Assembly (NCBI RefSeq): GCF_964204645.1
Contig: NC_134030.1
Span: 17,816,210-17,880,209 of the forward strand
DNA length: 64,000 nt
Reading direction: 5' to 3'
Source: Tubulanus polymorphus
Lineage: Eukaryota; Animalia; Nemertea
Under the pieces are notes generated by a model that was not told the DNA's origin, searched no databases, and saw nothing but the letters and a program-made list of their open reading frames with translations. The position numbers and the translations under genes were made by a program. Shown here in pieces: positions 11,679 to 23,752 of the stretch; the stretch's first letter is position 1, and the number at the start of each line of letters is the position of its first letter.

Positions 11679-14600
11679 GTTTCACCCATTTGCTGATGGA
11701 GGGTGCGGCTATTTGTAGTCACAGGAATATATCACCGTCACATCCTGTATTCAAACTATTGGCTCCACATTTTCTAAACATCATGGCCATCAACAGGTAA
11801 AATAACCAGTATCAGCCTACATTCAACGCCATGTTATCATCAATATAAACCGAAATCGTTAAACAAATAACAAGAGCCCAGGTCCACAGTTCTGAGTATA
11901 GATTTGATACAGAGTTAACTTAAATCATCATCGAAAATGAACGTGTTTTAACTCAGAGTTGACTTGAACTAACAACTTTTGGACATGAATCAATCAGTTT
12001 TTTATCATCATCAGGGCCGTATCAATAAGGGTCAACCTTCGAGAAATTTATGGAAAAGTGCCCTTTTTGCAAATATTATTGTTATATCCTATAGAACTGC
12101 TCTTTCTGGGACCTCGCCAAATGCAACCATGTGTAACATGAAAGGTCCGCCATTAATTTTTTGTTTCAATCTGTATTTCAATTTGTATTGAGTAATATTT
12201 TGCTTGGTTTATCTCACACAGTTTGGCGTTGGAGAGATTGGTCAGTCCTGGAGGTTGGATTGACAAAACTATGACGTCTGGAGCTAGCGGTTTATTTGAT
12301 ATCGTAGTCAAAGCGTAAGTTTATCGACTTAGAAACCAGCCTCGAATTATAGAGCTGATGACTTCGGATTTCTTGCGTCACTTCGTGAACTCTTCCTTCA
12401 AGTGTTTCCCATGCTCTTCGGAACAAGACCAGTATAAGATAGAATTAGATGCGCTAGAACGTGGTGTCAGTAGTCCTCCAGTGGTACTAGACCGAATGAT
12501 GGAGAGAGACTGGTTAAGATTCATTTAAAAGCCCCTAAACTTAATCGAAAACTTAAACTTAATCCTATACATAGCTTAGAGCCCTTCCTAGCGTAAAACT
12601 AAGTTCTTAGTTGTATAAACATATAGACTTCAAGAACGGTATGGAGCGATATTCGATCGAACTGTTCAATCAAATTCACAATTGATAATATCTTAAGGTT
12701 TTTTCTTTTTACCACTTTTTAAGTTGGAAGGATTGGAGACTCGACTTAGACGGAACGTTACCGAATGAACTGAAAAATCGCCAAGTAAGTACACCGACAC
12801 TGACTAGTCGCACACCGTCGCTTACGATCACCACGCGGTCGAAATAAGTGCATATCTGAAACCGATTGGAATACGCAGCGAGGCCCGTACCCACATCTAA
12901 TCACCTGATTGTTTTTTCTTACTAACCAGGTCAACGATGCGAAGTATCTCCCTAACTATCATTATCGTGACGATGCGCTGTTGTGCTACGACGCCATCGA
13001 ATCATACGTTACAGAAATCATCGATATTTACTACGGTACGTAAAACGATATAATGCGAAACGATGATACCAAGTACGGTACCGAGTTCTCCGGTAGATTG
13101 AGTCGAGGTGTTAAGTACCTCAAATAACTCTTATCGGCAGTTCATATTATTGAGCGATCTAGTTTTCTAACTACCAATTCCGTGTCTCAAACTGCGCATG
13201 CGCGTAGGCGCTGTGCATAAAAAATATCAGTGAGATGAAATGGTAGTTAGAAAAGCTCGTTCTCCACATTGACATAATACGCGTATTTATTTCTACAAAT
13301 ATGTAATATCACATTAGTAACTTCTGTCTTCATATCTCCCCCTATTGATTGAATTTCTATTTGTGTGTTTTCTGGAAATGCTGTGTTTTCTCTCAAAATC
13401 CCGTAATACGAGTTCGAGTGTAAAAGCAGCAAAGATTATTGATTTCCCGTTGAATTAATGATAATGATAATGATAATTATAACGATAACGATAACGATTT
13501 ATAATGATGATGATAATGATAATAGCAATAGCAATAGCAATAGCAATAGCAATAGCAATAGCAATAGCAATAGCAATAATAATAACAATAACAATAACAA
13601 TAACAATAGCAATAATAATTTTATCTCCACAATAAATAACAACTTGTCATATAGAGATATGCGAGAATATACAAATATGAAATATTTTAACATAATGTGT
13701 TTATAATTGTTTAAATTTCATCAGATTGAGACGATACGTTGAAACAAGATGAAGAGATACAGAACTGGGCGTGTGAGTTGTGTAAATCGGTGGCGGCTGG
13801 AGGCTGCGGGATTAAGGTTTGTTTGTAATTCATGTGATAATGTATACTTTACGATGGGCGACTATTTTGGCAATTGGCCAACGATACGTCGCTTCGTGCA
13901 AACAGCAATGTAATATCTAGATACATGACCGATGCACACGGTGAAAAAAAGTGCCGAAATACGAAACGGTAAAATGCGTTTATGAGTTTCGGTGATTCAG
14001 TTTGTTTAGCGTTCTAAGAAGAAAATTATTTCGAGAAAGAAAAATATTTTTCACCTTGTCACCTCCGAGGCTCTGTAGATTGACGACGATATAGAATTTT
14101 AATGCTGTTTTTGGGCAGAATTTCCGGCGTTAGATCCAAATCTCAAGAGCACTTTAAAAAACCGCTTTCCGTGTGCGCTAGGCAGCTTAACCATTTTTTT
14201 AATCGAACATATTTATTTTATTCTTCATTTACAGGGTGTGCCGGGTGATGGTCGTCTTGAAAACAAAACCGACCTGATATCGATATGCACATCGATAATA
14301 TACATGTCAAGCGTGGGCCACGCCGCGGCGAATTTTAATCAGTATGAAGATTATGCGTTTCCCCCGAACTATCCGGCTTGCCTTCACGGTAAACCACCTA
14401 ACAATAAGGTAATATATAGCAAATCTAATGGTAGTTTGTAGACGTATTGGCTTACCAACCGATAAAACTATTTATGTTCAAATATGTTGTTTGAATACTT
14501 CTAATGAAACGGTCATTTTGAGTTATAATGGCAGATTTATCTAAAATACAGCTGTTTTCTCATCTGAATGACTCCGTTGTCACGTTTCTGTATTTTCAAT

Positions 14601-15827
14601 ATTTCAAACGTCGCTTGTCCCAGTCGTTGTGCTTCTTCAGCAGAATGAAAGGCACTCTTTCTAAAATAAACATTTTCTGAAGTAGTAGATTAACCGAAAA
14701 AGATACCAGACAAAATTGTTCCTTGAGTTCAAGTCTATTCCGTGAAAATGAAAAGATTAACATTCATTTTGTTATAATGCTAAGGAGTTGTCTTTCAGGA
14801 CTCAGTTCCACAGTTGTTAGTTAAAGTTAACTCTGAGTTAGAATTAGTTCAATTTCAATGTTTTGACTCTGAATCTTGTTTTGAATTGAAATTGTTTTGA
14901 ATCAAATCTTAACTCACAACTGTGGAACTGGTTCCAGATATGAACATTTCACTTTTACTTATATTAAAATCACTCACGTTTCGTTTTCTTCGTGTAAGTT
15001 TAATTTCCCCTCTCTCTCTCCGCTAAAAATAGGACGAGTTGACCGAGCTGGATATCGTTAAGATTATACCGACCAAAGAACAAACTCTCGATACGATGGT
15101 CGTGACGAAGATTCTCAGCAACCGCGCTACGCAGGCGCTGGGGGAATTCGAAGTCACCTACGCCCACGATCCGAAAGCACTGGACGCAATCACAAGGCAA
15201 GTACTAGTTTCTGTTCGCCAAACTCTCCATTTCCATTTCATCTTAAAATTGGGGCCGCCGGTCTCCTCACATGTTCTCACGGTCTAAACCGATATAATCT
15301 ATTAGAATGACATAGACGTAAATATGCCAAATAAGGCTAAAAAATTATACCTCGATTCTTAAGAGCTGAACCGGTCGGCTGGGTCTGCCTTATTTAGCAG
15401 GGAGGGGGCAATTTTCAGAAAGTGCTCACTGCATATATTATTACTGATATAAAACTGTCCTTTTTGGGTTTCTCTCTGCCCCCATCAAAATAGATATCAT
15501 CATAAAAAATGATCGATATTTAGAAACAATCTTAAGCATGCAAATATCAAAACTAGTATGCTGATTTAGAAATTGTCTAGGTTCTGTAATTGAAATCGCT
15601 TGAAATATGTTTGACGTCCTGTATCAAGTTATTGCGTTAGTGAAATATTGCGAAATGTCAGACACGGATTTCTGCACGTATTTCAATTATATTGTGTATT
15701 CTATTTTTTCAGATTCAAGGAGAACCTTAAATCGATCAGCGCAACAATCAAAAACAAGAACTCAACTCGCGAAATGGAATACACGATTTTAGATCCAGCA
15801 GAAATTCCCAATTCTATCAGTATTTAA
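11679..15827 (+). CDS. Lipoxygenase (AOS-LOX/arachidonate LOX-like), C-terminal 8 exons: 11679-11796, 12222-12314, 12724-12784, 12930-13035, 13725(or 13731)-13816, 14235-14408, 15033-15196, 15713-15827; possibly a 5'-truncated pseudogene
   Basis: Phase-consistent splicing gives FTHLLMEG...HPVFKLLAPHF..INSLALERL...LPNYHYRDDAL...DEEIQNW...SVGHAAANFNQY...FPPNYP...IPNSISI*. The iron ligands THL-His, HAAAN-His/Asn and the C-terminal Ile are present. Upstream exons were not found. There is an in-frame TGA at 13727 if the CAG acceptor is used. Confidence 0.93.
13456..13619. repeat. Compound (AAT)/(AATAGC)/(AATAAC) microsatellite in a LOX intron
   Basis: Directly visible; source of the poly-N/S and poly-L spurious ORFs. 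Confidence 0.95.
14799..14934. mobile_element. Harbinger-type MITE, CAG target duplication
   Basis: CAG|GACTCAGTTCCACAGTTG ... CAACTGTGGAACTGGTTC|CAG. Confidence 0.75.
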
Positions 15828-15869
15828 TCACATCCATAACTGTTAAACAATGTTCTTTGAAAGCGCTAC

Positions 15870-16284
15870 AATAGGGAAGTTTCCAGTTTCCAGGCGCCAT
15901 TTTGAGGCGGTCCCGCGGGTGCCGCATTGTTGGAAAGATTTTTTAAACTAAAACCTTTAGCGCGATTCAATGTAGTCCATCCCTCTTTTCCTTCAAAAAC
16001 TTAATTTATCTTTTCTAGGCGCCTTCCTTTAAGTGACGCACATATTTTCTAAACTGTAACTGTATCCGATTGTTGCAGCCGAGAAAAAAAAAATAAACAC
16101 CATCAGAAAATATAAATTGTCACCTTTCTATCGATACATGACTTAAATTTTTGAGGCAAAAGAGGGATGGACTACAATGAATCGCACTAAAGGTCTTTTT
16201 TAAAAAATGTGAAAATCTTTCCAACAATGCGGGAACCGTGGGACCGCCTCAAAATGGCGCCTGGAAACTGGAAACTTCCCTATT
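15870..16284. mobile_element. MITE with long (about 130 bp) inverted arms just downstream of the LOX stop
   Basis: AATAGGGAAGTTTCCAGTTTCCAGGCGCCATTTTGAGGCGGTCCC at left is the exact reverse complement of GGGACCGCCTCAAAATGGCGCCTGGAAACTGGAAACTTCCCTATT at right. Confidence 0.92.
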
Positions 16285-17707
16285 CATGCTGGTGGTGGAT
16301 TAACGAGAATGTATAGTGCTAGGGGACGAAAGATCTCGCAATATTTTGATTCATAGATAGAAATATCCTCATGAATGAATATAATGCCATTGCGTAATTC
16401 GTTTAAAGTTTCAATACTTGATTTTACCGAAACTGTATCAGTTGCAAACAATTTTTTTTTAGTGTTGTTGAATAACGATTGAATTGAATTCACTTCTAGT
16501 TTCGATTCAATGCATGTCGTCAATATCGTATCACTCATTGAGTCATCGTGAATATTCGATGTCCTCGTTGATTTAAGTTAAAGAAAATAAATAGCATGTC
16601 GTTTACTGTAACCGGCTGGTTGTTGTTGTATCGGCAGGCTGGCTGGGGAACTAGCATTTACACCAGCGGTACAGGATTCCATCCATCACGAACAACAAGG
16701 CACTTAAACCTTATATGTACAATCTCTATTGCATCCCGGAATGAGAATGATTATAATAACTTTACACAGTCTTTATATACAGAATCATTAGTATAATGTG
16801 AAAACTAGGTGTCAGACAAGTTGTAGACATCAGGACTCACAAACTAACCCGTAGTGACACATGTATGAGAGACATTAATTAATTATTGATGAGCACTGAC
16901 TATAGCTAATTACTATGAAAACATATTGAATAATGTCACATGTTTATTACGATTAAGCACATATTAATACAATATTCATAAGTTATTTACATTATTAATA
17001 TTATTATTATTATTGTTAAGCATTTCCATGTAGTGAGAGATATGAAATATTATGAACCATTCGATATGAAATTGTAGATATATATGATTATTGAATATGC
17101 AACTTATATCAGGGTGACAATACTAGTGTTCGCGCTTTTTCTTCGGTAGAAAACATCGCTTTCAGTTGATTCCGAAATCGACGCCTCGAAGTGCAATAGA
17201 TGATGAAATTACGAGAGGCTACGATCATTCTGATTAGATTTCGAACTAGGTTCAATATCGAGTACGAGGAGCTTTTACCAATCCGCGTTCCGTTCAGAGC
17301 TAGAATACAACTGGTGATTGCTGCACTCAAAAAAGGCCTTTTCTTTAAATGAAAACATGAAATAAGAACTAACGGTACTGCTTAAGAAGTTTGAATATTC
17401 GTAAAAATAAATTCGTATGGCTATAGCAATAAAAACCGACTAATTCCAAGTGCTAGTCAGGCACATCTTTACGGGTTTTAGCAAAAATGCCGATCCCGGC
17501 TTAAAATCATTTTGAGCATCGATCGAAAAAAATCACCCGTCGGTGACGCATAAACACGGTGGCTGATTGGCGACATGTCAATATTTTTTTCATCATCCTC
17601 CACGAAAACGGGCAAAAACAATTCAAACTGCGCAAAAACGAAATATTTTGTTCTTGCGCGTTTAAAAAGTTTGTTTTTGCGCGGTAAAAGTTCGTTTTTG
17701 TGCATTT

Positions 17708-17770
17708 GAGAGACGCGGTGGCCGCGTGGTTTAAGCCGCCGGTCTTAGCCGCCGGTCGTTAGTTCTCGTT
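17708..17770 (+). mobile_element. tRNA-derived SINE head fragment
   Basis: A-box-like GGTGGCCGCGTGGTTTAAG; no clear B box or cloverleaf. Confidence 0.4.
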
Positions 17771-18457
17771 CAAAATTTACACGCGCTTCCGAACTCAAAT
17801 GATTCGAGGCAAAATTGCAGGAAAAATAAGTATAAAATCACGTCTGAGATGAACTTTTCACATCGTATTTACGTATTCATATTTCGGATAATTTTGCTGA
17901 CAACACGGATTTAATCGTCTGACCGTCTCGGTTCGCGCTACGTGATTAACGCATTCATCAGATGGTAGTAATATTTCACAGGAGTTTGTTTGAATGCGGC
18001 GTCATTGTAATCATCACCCGCGTGACTGTCTCCGCTAATTTCAAACGCGTTCGATTCATTTCAATTTTCATTATCTTTTCGTTCATTGTCTTTTCGTGTC
18101 GGTTTCTCGTTTCATGCGAACATGGTATCTTATTGTATAGACAACGAACGGTCACGATATCCGACGCATAAATAACAGGTATCTTAACTACCGGTTTTCA
18201 TTTACGAGTCGCGATCGAGTTGTGCGTCATTTTCATCCGGTTGAGATGTTGTTCCAATCCTTCGTAAATCGATTAGTTCTTCTGATGATTTGTACTACTG
18301 GTAAGTCGAATTCGACTGTATATCGTTAGACTCTTACAGGGAAAAGATTAGATTTAGAAATGTGTAGGCCTAGATATTTACCACGTTCACGTTATACTAT
18401 GTCTGTCTACTACCAAAAATACGAGGAAAAATGTACAACTTATTTCCTGAAAAACTG

Positions 18458-18602
18458 GGCCCAGTTGCACAGTCGTGACTTAAGTCCAAAAGTGGTCTTA
18501 AGATTTAAATCTTATAACTGGTCTTAAATTGTTAGATTGGCTATAGAGCTAAGTTGGTCTTAGACTGGTCTTAAATCTAAGTCATGACTATGCGACCGGC
18601 CC
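18458..18602. mobile_element. Harbinger-type MITE, CTG target duplication
   Basis: CTG|GGCCCAGTTGCACAGTCGTGACTTA ... TAAGTCATGACTATGCGACCGGCCC|CTG. Confidence 0.85.
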
Positions 18603-20263
18603 CTGGGGTTTTTCAATAGGCTATCATTTAATTGTCCGAATAGCTACATGCGTAATATTGGTATCAATTGAACCAGAAGATTCTGAACTAAGCGTTGACT
18701 TTTGTTTTGTATTAATTGAAACAGCAATTTTTGTATAGAGCTTAAATGAAAAAGTGTTCTTTTAGACTTTTTACTTGTAAGATTCACAAGCATTTCACCG
18801 GGCTCTCAATTCCGTGGCAGCGCTGCTAGATGTCAGCACTATAGTTTTGTTCCAAATATGGCTTATTCTTGGCATAAGTCCAGAATATACCACATGGCTC
18901 TTTATGTATTTTTGCTACTGCACTGGCAGACTGGACCGAGCGTTCGCTATAGCGAAAAATTTGTTAAGGCTAAAATAGTCATACTTTGTTTCTCCGTCCG
19001 ATGAGCCTAAAAGTTGACCCGGCCGGCCGCCTATATACTCTGTACATAACTTTTTTTTACATCACGATTAAGCTTACAAAAACAGATTGGGCAGTTACCC
19101 GGAGGTTGCGGGGAAACGAGGTATCATTTTGATGATAATTATTGAAATTTATCAAAATGAAATAAGAGTCACGAAGTTCATTCAATCGCAAAATAAATGC
19201 CATAATTCATAATTGCAACTGTTATTTTGAAACCCTAATATTGATGACGTATTGCACATCGACTCACACAGAACCCCTCATTTAACGCGTTCTAGGTATC
19301 AATGTATAATATTAAACAATATTGTAACGGTTTTTACGGCGTAAAAAAGTCAATTCAAACGCCAGTGAAATTGCATTTTGTTATTTCACATGGTACGATT
19401 AGGCCCTATTTGATTACTGGAGTACGCATTTTTATTTTCTTGGAAAAAAATTGAAGTATTGAAGATGAAATATTTCAAACAAGATTTTATGGAACAGGCG
19501 TTTGATAATGGCCGGGAACAGAGAAAGAAATACAGGTTTTTTTTCAAATTTCTTCATCGAAAAATAAGCCGGAAACATCGAGAAATTTTTGCGCTCAATT
19601 ATCATAAAGACGCGAAGGGGGACAGAAAAACAAATTTCAATATTCTCTCAGTATTTGTTTGGGATATTTAAACAATCCAAGTAACTAAACAGTAAAATAG
19701 TAACGTACGGTTCAAGTCATGTGTGACGTCACCGTTTGGAGCGAAGGGCTAGGGAAAATTGCAACTTTATTGAATTTGAGTTGTATTTAAAAAAATTCGT
19801 CTGAAAACAATTCTTAAAACCATCATTCAGAACAAGACCAAGTTCCTGCAAATTCATACGATAATCAAATTCCAAGGGTAAACAGCCCCGTAATTTGCAC
19901 CGCTTTTTAACAGCAAGCGTCAATTTTTTTTTTTTTGAAACGGGACAAAAAAGCGCGACTTAACACTAACAAATGTCTACGGTCTTACGCTATGCTGGTG
20001 CTGGTGTGATTGGAAAGAATAATCGTCGTCAGGAAACATGCCTAATTAATTCAATTTCAAAGAACAACTGCGATAGGTTCTAAGAATATTTCATTACATC
20101 CATTACCTGACCACGATTACGATTTCGATAAATTTCCACCAAACACACGTCACACTTCAGCATATCGGTAATAGATAGATTGTCACACTCGTCTGTCTTA
20201 ACAGATGACGCGAGGCGTTTTGTAATTCTTGCAATTCGATGAACTCCGATGCGATTTCGTAAA

Positions 20264-20573
<310 letters not shown>

Positions 20574-20845
20574 CTGCGCGAATGGTTTTACTTCATACCA
20601 ATGACTTTTGATTCTTTTTTTTTGTGGCGTGTGGTCGGCGATGGGCGAGCAGGAATTTGACTGAAATATCTCACGCTCTGTTATATCACTGCTAGATCGA
20701 CTTGGATCGATGTTTTTTAGCATAGCTTCATTTTATGCAGACTCCATACAAATGTGGCTTCCTGTTTTGACTTCTACCGAAGTTTTAGGCCATTTTCTGA
20801 GTGTCGGTTTCTTTAATGAAACGCTGTGTTGTAAATTGATTCTCA

Positions 20846-23509
20846 ATGCGCTTTGTGTTTTATCGAAACAAAACTAAATGTAAATCGATTATTTCAGATA
20901 ATTTCATCGTGTCCCAACGATTTCCCGAAACTAAAATGCCGAATAGCCGGTTTCCAGAATCGGGTCACTCACGCGGGATGCCTGAACGTAATATTCCCGG
21001 AAAAGGCGTCACCAAAAACGACCAACTGATCGCCGATTACAAACCAGCATCAGCGGATACGGATAAAGATGGCGATTTAGTTCGTGTTTGTCCAGTCATA
21101 GGTTGTTCGGCTGATTTATGTATTTGCGAACTGTTCAACAACTGTTGCAACCTGATTGGAAAGTGCGTTGTCAGAAGCGATGCGGACGAATCGAGACTAA
21201 ACAGGATGAGGCGACAAACTCGATGGACCGACTGTACATATGGAATCGGAGACGAGACGTATCGGTCAAGAGGTTTCATAGCGATCAGTCGGTGCCCGAT
21301 CGATTTCGACTTGAATTCAGACGCGCGTCGCTATTGCGAATCGCCGTCCAGTAATCTTGCCACCACGATCCCTGTCTACATCGAAGACTGGCTTCCGTTT
21401 AAGAATATGTATTGCGCAATGTGTCACGGGTTCAACGATACTCAATACAAACCGGCTAGACTCCTACTGCAGTGCATAAACACCACAAGAATTGATGACG
21501 TCATCATGAGCATGCGCAACTCGTCTCTAAGCGACGATGCCGCGAAAGTTCGGCTGCCCGAAGATTGTCGTTTGTCCTTCGAACATCGCGGGGGAGGTCG
21601 GATGGAACTGCTACCGTGCACGCGCAGTAGCGTAGCCATGACGTCACGGTGCGACGAGTCAGCCGATCGGGACTTGAGGTCTAAATGCGGACGGGTTTTT
21701 AACCCGATATCAGCTGTAGTCGGCGGACGAGTGAAAACATATCGTAATTATTACTGTATGAAATGTGAACTGAGTGACAGCGTTTTAAACGAATCGAACG
21801 TCGTTTGTAACTACGACTTAACCGGGCAGAAGACATTCGGTTTGAACATTTTACTCGATTTCAGTCTGACGAACGGCGTTGAATTTCGAACCGCCGGAAT
21901 GCCGGTAATCTCGTGGGCGCCGAAAGAATTTTTCTGCTCGGAAACGAACGAAATATTCGACCAGGAGACGCGTAGATGTCGCCGATACGGCTGTTTACGG
22001 GGATATCGACTACAGGGTAACGACGAAGACAACGCCGTCTGTCGGCTTGACGAGAACGAATGGCCTAAGATATCAGTTCGCGTTCACTTCTCTTTTTTTA
22101 TCGCATTCAACGAAACGCAACGATTAGGTATGGACAAATTTCTATACGGATTGTGGTACTTTAACGTCGGTGGCTGCGGCGATACGAAAAAATCGAAGAT
22201 AACAGAAATAGGTAATATCTCATCTATACTCAATGATTCATCGTTGTACAGGCGCCAATTCACGCTGAGCAACCACGAAGAATTCCTCGGTGACGTCACA
22301 ATAGAATCAATCGCGCGCGAATACGAGTCGTTGATCACGTGTCAGTTCGGTAAAGATGGCAGCCGGGTGACCGTTTCCGGGTACGATTTGTCGACCACGA
22401 GTTTGACGAAGAATACTCGCTGTGACGTCATCGATCCTGAGCCCGCCGTAGAAAACGATACGAGCCTTTCCAGTAGTAGCCCGGTACTAGCCCAGTCGAA
22501 CCCGCATTTTAAATATTACAGAATTTTTCAAATTTCCAGTGACCGCGGAAAAACTCGAATAGTTAAATCGAGTAAATGTTCCACTAAAATCAACGATTGC
22601 GTGAGAGTGTATTCTAGTACAGGAGTCATGGTTTGCAGACGACACAACGATTTGAAATTCAAAATAACGGCTAGTTCGTTATTTTCCGATCGTGATTTCC
22701 TGATTACCTTCACCTGTAGCTGTCTGTCTATCGTAAGTCTCCTAATAACGGTCGTAATCTATTTGAGTATTCCCGATATGCGAACTCTTCCCGGTAAACT
22801 CATCATCAATCTCTGCGTAACTCTCGCCGTGGCTCAAACTCTTCATATTTCCAGCCTGGTCGGCGTTGATAATCGATTACTTTGCGTTTCAATGGCCGCT
22901 GTTAAACACTACATTTGGATGGTCGTTTTCGCTTCGATGGCCGCTGTTTCTGTTCACATGTTCGTTACCTTTTCTACCATTCGTAAACTGGTCGATTCTC
23001 CTAAGTTGTTACTGTATTATCTGTTATCCGTCTGGCTCGCTCCGTTCCTCATTGTCGGGCCCTGTATCGTCCTACACAGCACCGATACCACTCAGTACTC
23101 CGGTACGGTTTACGGTAGCCCCGTTACTTGTTGGTTTAGTTCCAGTTTCGCCCTATTGATGGCGTTCGTTCTACCGATCGGTATTATCGATCTGGTCAGT
23201 ATAATTCTATTCGTAGTTACAGTTTATCACATTCTACGGTCGTTTTCTGCGATGTCAAATTCTTCATCAAACGCCAACCGGAACAGGGCGACAGCTTTCA
23301 TTTTCTACCGGATGGCTTTGGTGACCGGGGTCACGTGGTTGGTCGGGTTCGTAGCGTCGTTCGTAAATAACGATTATCTCTGGTATTTCTTTAATTTGTT
23401 GAATTCGTCTCAAGGTTTTCTAGTTTTCTTGGCATTCATCGTCAACACACGGGTATTAAATATGTGTCGAGCGAAACTAAGCCAATCCACCAAAACGACA
23501 AACGAATAA
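20846..23509 (+). CDS. Class-B (secretin/adhesion/Methuselah-like) 7TM receptor with cysteine-rich ectodomain; true 5' end uncertain
   Basis: 887-aa open frame with SMB-like C..LC..F..CC and repeated (F/Y)(K/R)N.YC..C motifs. The 7TM region has LSIVSLLIT..Y, R.LPGK..NLC, HY.W...F, YG....CWF, F.LP, GVTW..GF and NSSQGF..FLAF. No signal peptide or GPS motif is seen, so a 5' exon is probably missing from this ORF call. Confidence 0.9.
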   Translation: MRFVFYRNKTKCKSIISDNFIVSQRFPETKMPNSRFPESGHSRGMPERNIPGKGVTKNDQLIADYKPASADTDKDGDLVRVCPVIGCSADLCICELFNNCCNLIGKCVVRSDADESRLNRMRRQTRWTDCTYGIGDETYRSRGFIAISRCPIDFDLNSDARRYCESPSSNLATTIPVYIEDWLPFKNMYCAMCHGFNDTQYKPARLLLQCINTTRIDDVIMSMRNSSLSDDAAKVRLPEDCRLSFEHRGGGRMELLPCTRSSVAMTSRCDESADRDLRSKCGRVFNPISAVVGGRVKTYRNYYCMKCELSDSVLNESNVVCNYDLTGQKTFGLNILLDFSLTNGVEFRTAGMPVISWAPKEFFCSETNEIFDQETRRCRRYGCLRGYRLQGNDEDNAVCRLDENEWPKISVRVHFSFFIAFNETQRLGMDKFLYGLWYFNVGGCGDTKKSKITEIGNISSILNDSSLYRRQFTLSNHEEFLGDVTIESIAREYESLITCQFGKDGSRVTVSGYDLSTTSLTKNTRCDVIDPEPAVENDTSLSSSSPVLAQSNPHFKYYRIFQISSDRGKTRIVKSSKCSTKINDCVRVYSSTGVMVCRRHNDLKFKITASSLFSDRDFLITFTCSCLSIVSLLITVVIYLSIPDMRTLPGKLIINLCVTLAVAQTLHISSLVGVDNRLLCVSMAAVKHYIWMVVFASMAAVSVHMFVTFSTIRKLVDSPKLLLYYLLSVWLAPFLIVGPCIVLHSTDTTQYSGTVYGSPVTCWFSSSFALLMAFVLPIGIIDLVSIILFVVTVYHILRSFSAMSNSSSNANRNRATAFIFYRMALVTGVTWLVGFVASFVNNDYLWYFFNLLNSSQGFLVFLAFIVNTRVLNMCRAKLSQSTKTTNE

Positions 23510-23752
23510 ACGAAAATATCTACGTGTGAGATACGGTAAGGTGGCGCCACTGGTGCTTTGGTCGATGACTCTTCGTCGAGATCAAGTTTTGTTAAGTCGC
23601 GGTCAGAAGTTGAGCAGCATCACTCGACAGAGATTCGCAAAATATTTATTTAGTAGTCTTAATTTAGTCAAATATGGTCATTCACATCTATATACGTATG
23701 TATTCAAATATAGATGGTGTACATGTGTAATCCCCGGTAGTTATCTTGTATA

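Noticed and set aside
13458-13706. Poly-N/S and poly-L ORFs, and the poly-IY ORFs at 20.4 and 56.8 kb
   Set aside because: Microsatellite translations.
13727-16284. Selenocysteine reading of the LOX TGA with the 3' hairpin as a SECIS element
   Set aside because: The position aligns with Ser rather than Cys, and the hairpin is a long-armed MITE with no SECIS core that I could identify.
17850-18340. CpG-rich stretch resembling a decayed acidic coding exon on the minus strand
   Set aside because: Stops in all frames and no recognisable family.
21037-23159. Small ORFs overlapping the class-B receptor and its inverted copy
   Set aside because: Shadow frames of a GC-richer coding region.
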